Shown piece by piece: positions 48,861 to 52,691 of a stretch of 52,691 nucleotides of DNA. The position numbers were made by a program, and so were the translations under genes. How positions within the stretch are numbered: position 1 is the first letter of the stretch; the number at the start of each line of letters is the position of its first letter. The stretch covers positions 21,309,612 to 21,362,302 of the forward strand of contig NC_057718.1 in NCBI RefSeq assembly GCF_004010195.1. Reading direction: 5' to 3'. The DNA comes from Chiloscyllium plagiosum. Taxonomy: Eukaryota. The notes under the pieces are model-generated. The model did no database searches, was not told the origin of the DNA, and saw only the letters and a program-made list of their open reading frames with translations.

Positions 48861-51289
48861 ATCCTTCTAGCCCAGAGGACAGACAATTGTCCAACACAGA
48901 ATGCCCTGATTATTCTAAAACAGGAATGATCGAGCAATAAAATTAGATCCCAGCAAGGAGATGGAAGTTTTACACAAAGTTTATGAGTACATTCTCAAAT
49001 ATTGCCACTACAACAAAAGTCTTACCAGCAGCTTAAAACCCAGCTCAGTCATATCAGTTTGATGTATTTTACTCTAAATTTGTAGAATACTGTTATCGAC
49101 TGTTTTGGAACCCCACCACATACATTTACATTCTTTGTCATCTCCACACTCCTGCTTTCCTTCTCATTCTCTCCTTTGTTATTCCTACTTAATTTATTCG
49201 CTCTTGTCTGTTTCGTTGCTTCACATTCACTCTGTTCTTCCTTTTCTTCTGTCAATTTGCATTATCCTTTTTCAGATGTGTTTGACAGACAGTAGTCACT
49301 TGATTTTTAAAAATAGTTACATTAATTAATTGTAACCATTTCAGCAGAGGGAATTGGAGTTGATGCAAACTAGGTTCTCACCGAATTTGACCAAGAACAG
49401 AAATCAGTGTTGGCTAGTCTTCTGTTCTATCAATGACTCTCAAATAGCTAAATGACTAGACCTATGATGCTCCACAATTTTATTGAAAAGTTTGCAAGGG
49501 GGCTGCACTGGAGTTTGCAGGAATCGCAATAACACTCAGCAGATAAACCTTCAGAATAGGAAAATAATCAAAAACTGTTATATAATCATAGAGAAAGGCA
49601 ACTTGTCAAATTGACTAACAAGGCTTATACATTTCTCAATTGATATAGAAAGGCAGTGCACCGAAAGAGTGCAACATGAGGGAACCCAATACAACACAGT
49701 TTGAGGCCAGTGCAGCTGGATCCAGGGGTTCATGTAATGACACCTCCAGACATGAGACTAAAGAGTTATAAACCTGTGCTTATGGCAAAAACAACAACAA
49801 CTGTTTCCTTTTCATTGCCTTTTACTATATCTGATTCATAGAAACAAAAGTTGAATGAAATAGCAACACTTCAATCACAAACAGAGATCTGCACATCTCA
49901 CAAGACCAAGGTCAGCCGAGGCTTAGATTATTACAAAGATCAAACCGAAAAATTAGGCACAAATAATCAGAAGTTCATACCTTCATGAGGCAATCAGTGC
50001 ACAGCAGTTTAATATTTCCATGTATGAATAGTTGAAGCTCTGCTACATCAAACACATACACAAATGACAAATGCATGCTACTCTATTACAATTATTTGCA
50101 CAATGCACTTCTGTATCTTGAATTTAAGTGATTTCATTTGATAATCCAGCACTGAATCTTAAATGGTGTATCAAAAACGTGCAGGGAGACCACCCTCTCA
50201 GTTCTTTCAAGTACCATCAGCTGTATCATGAAATGTCTTTCGAGCCTACTTGTGTGGTCTTTGTCCAAAGGAACAACAAATGTTTTATCAATACTGATCC
50301 ACATGTGGATTAGTTTATGCAAAAAAGATTGAGAACCACGAATGTTACTTCCACAAGCTTCTGATAGGTAGAATTTTGAACTGAACAGCAGGCCTTTTAG
50401 TTTTACCCAAAAACCTCTCATCTGTTAGCCATGCAAAGAAACGTGTATTGGTTAAATAAAGTACTGCTTGCATATGGCATACATTATCTAAGGAAGTATA
50501 AACTAAATACATGGAAATTCAAATAGGTAGTGTTTAAAACAGATACAGATACTGTGCATTCTGTTTACTGTAATGTGAAAATAGGAATGCTCACAAGTTA
50601 AGTTTGCAGATAAGATGGTAAATCAAGTAAAAAGGATCTGAACTGTAACATAGTGAACTATTTATCAGCAATAGGAGTGCGAGAGAAATTTAGCCAGCAA
50701 TGTCTCATTTTGCAGCCTCCAGATCTAATAACAGGACCATCCTGTAAAGTTAACTTTGAGGGATCTGTCAAACTATCTGGATGGCCAAAACCCATTTTCT
50801 CAATTCTCAAATAGATCTAGGGAGGATAAACAACTCTGCCCACTGGGCTGCAGTACATTTTGATTCTCAGGACACTAAATGAGAAGGCAGAGCAGTGGTA
50901 AAGAAATAGGTGGAAGCAAATACTGCATTGTAGATCCCACTACTTCATGGGACATTCTGTCCCTTGTGCCCAAAATATGTACAAATCAAGAATCAGCCTG
51001 TTCAGCCAAAAAAGACTAATCATAGAAATCTTTGAATTTGAGCAGATGCCATCCTTAAATCAAGAAACAGACAAGGAGTGGAAAATAAATATCTGTGGCC
51101 AGTTACTAACAAGTTAAGCATTTCATATTTGGAGTGCAAACCACTTAGAAATTGTTTGGACATTCTGTAGACGATTTCTCATTAACTTAAAACAACCATT
51201 CCTCTATTTAAAAAAAATACTGGAACAGTAATCTAAACCTCAATCACCTAGACTCGAAGGCAGAAAAGGTGATACCAATAGCACCATGG

Positions 51290-51500
51290 TAACATTGTTC
51301 AACTCAACTGCTGCTGAAACACTCATTTCTTTCTTTGTTGAATCTCTACTTGATTATTTTGATGTAATCCTGATTGGTATCCCATATTTCACCTCTGTAA
51401 ACTTGCAATAATCCAAAACTCTACTCCACTGTTCCTGTCTGAATTCACACCAAATCTCACTCAACTGTGATCCCAAGCATTAGATATGAAATTGTTGTTC
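51290..51500 (+). mobile_element. Old L2 remnant
   Basis: ctgctgctgaaacactcatt...ctctgtaaacttgcaataatccaaaactctact. Similar to 39760-39880. Confidence 0.55.
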
Positions 51501-52009
51501 ATGGGTCTTTATCCATCCTAACTCTACACTCCAACCAGGAGTTTTGGTCAAGTGAAGAGAATGACAGACAATATAAAACATTAATGCCTGGACTATCCAA
51601 TTCAAAATGCACAGAACATTGTGCCAGTTTTGCCAAAATGGTTTTTTAAGGTATCTCATTACTACTGAAAGATCGAAAGTATTAGTGTAATCAAGTGGTG
51701 AAACTAATTAGTGACTGTAAGATGGCCATCAGCTCCTCTAGATGAAGTAAGAAAGCCACAGAAAAATAGTTAAAACTAATAAATTTTTCTGAATCAAGAT
51801 AGAGTCAATGGTTTCAACTGAATGATACATCCACAGCATCAGTCAGATCAATGCACTGATTTAATGCTCTCTGGCTTATCTTTTTAGGACTAATTTCTGC
51901 TCAACAGAACAGGTTTGGACCAATGCCTTCGATTGCTGATCAGATAATTAACAGTGAATTCATGTAATGGAAGGGGCCTGAGGATTTGGATATAATGTGA
52001 CGAAGGTAA

Positions 52010-52190
52010 TGGTAGAGTTGCCAGAATACTAAAGGACCAAAAGGCTGCTCTCTCAGAGAGAGACAACTGGTGGTTTAACCTGAAAGTCACCACATCTCAG
52101 GCAAGGGGACAGATTGAGATGGAAAGTCCTCAATGGCAATCTCAGCCAGTGTAGAAAATGAAATGAATCTATGCTGCTGACATGCTCATC
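52010..52190 (-). mobile_element. Decayed SINE-like repeat
   Basis: ggtggtttaacctgaaagtcaccacatctcaggcaagggg...ctcagccagtgtagaaaatgaa. Recognised from memory as a shark interspersed repeat. Confidence 0.4.
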
Positions 52191-52362
52191 AGAATGAATG
52201 CATTAGTAGAGATTTGCCTTTCTAACCAGGAAACTTTTAAAAGTCTTAGGACCTTACGAAGGATTAACACAAACTGGGATGGGAGAACAGCTGTGGATCT
52301 TGCAGGAGATAAGTCTCCCTTATAACATTGATAGCAAGGTGTATTATGCCAATGTTAGTAGT

Positions 52363-52691
52363 AGGGAAAAGTGAGGACTGCAGATGCTGGAGATCAGAGC
52401 TGAAAATGTGTTGCTGGAAAGGTGCAGCAGGTCAGGCAGCATCGAAGGAGCAGGAGAATCGATGTTTCGGGCATGAGCCCTTCTTCAGGAATGAGGAAAG
52501 TGTATCCAGCAGGCTAAGATAAAACGTAGGGAGGAGGGACTTGGGGGAGGGGCGTTGGAAATGCGATAGGTGGAAGGAGGTCAAGGTGAGGGTGATAGGC
52601 CAGAGTGGGGGTGGGCGCGGAGAGGTCAGGAAGAAGATTGCAGGTTAGGAAGGCGGTGCTGAGTTCGAGGGATTTGACTGAGACAAGGTGG
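52363..52691 (-). mobile_element. Penelope-like element 3' end/pLTR (second subfamily), runs off the window
   Basis: gaaaagtgaggactgcagatgctgg...gcaggtcaggcagcatc parallels 19738-19880, followed by the purine-rich tract (pyrimidine-rich in element sense). Confidence 0.88.
52457..52492 (-). ncRNA. Minimal hammerhead motif
   Basis: AUUC-CUGAAGA-A-GGGC-UCAU-GCCC-GAAA-CAUC-GAUU. Core intact; the ACGU palindrome has become ACAU. Confidence 0.7.

Overview
This is eukaryotic, repeat-rich, intronic or intergenic DNA from a cartilaginous fish. The repeat set (HE1/V-SINEs with TAATC tails, CR1 LINEs, Penelope-like elements) points to a shark, probably a bamboo-shark-like orectolobiform (inference). 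I recognise no host protein-coding gene. The ORFs with recognisable motifs are decayed LINE ORF1/ORF2 or Penelope RT. Roughly half the window is nested retroelements: young and old CR1 copies, an older CR1/L2-group LINE family, L2 remnants, tRNA-derived SINEs, probable solo LTRs, one Tigger/pogo-like end and several Penelope-like (PLE) insertions. The main signal is the PLE layer: short palindromic non-autonomous insertions with 12-15 bp target-site duplications (TSDs) that carry minimal hammerhead-ribozyme motifs. One motif has an intact core (8929-8963), and one insertion contains a 217-bp inverted duplication reaching into its own flank. Other oddities are a LINE whose endonuclease follows a tRNA-like head with no room for ORF1, a CR1 made only of 5'UTR plus 3' end, a locally templated ~127-bp insert next to a SINE, and two CR1 copies fused tail-to-tail. 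There are two N gaps. All alignments were done by eye and boundaries of old repeats are approximate.
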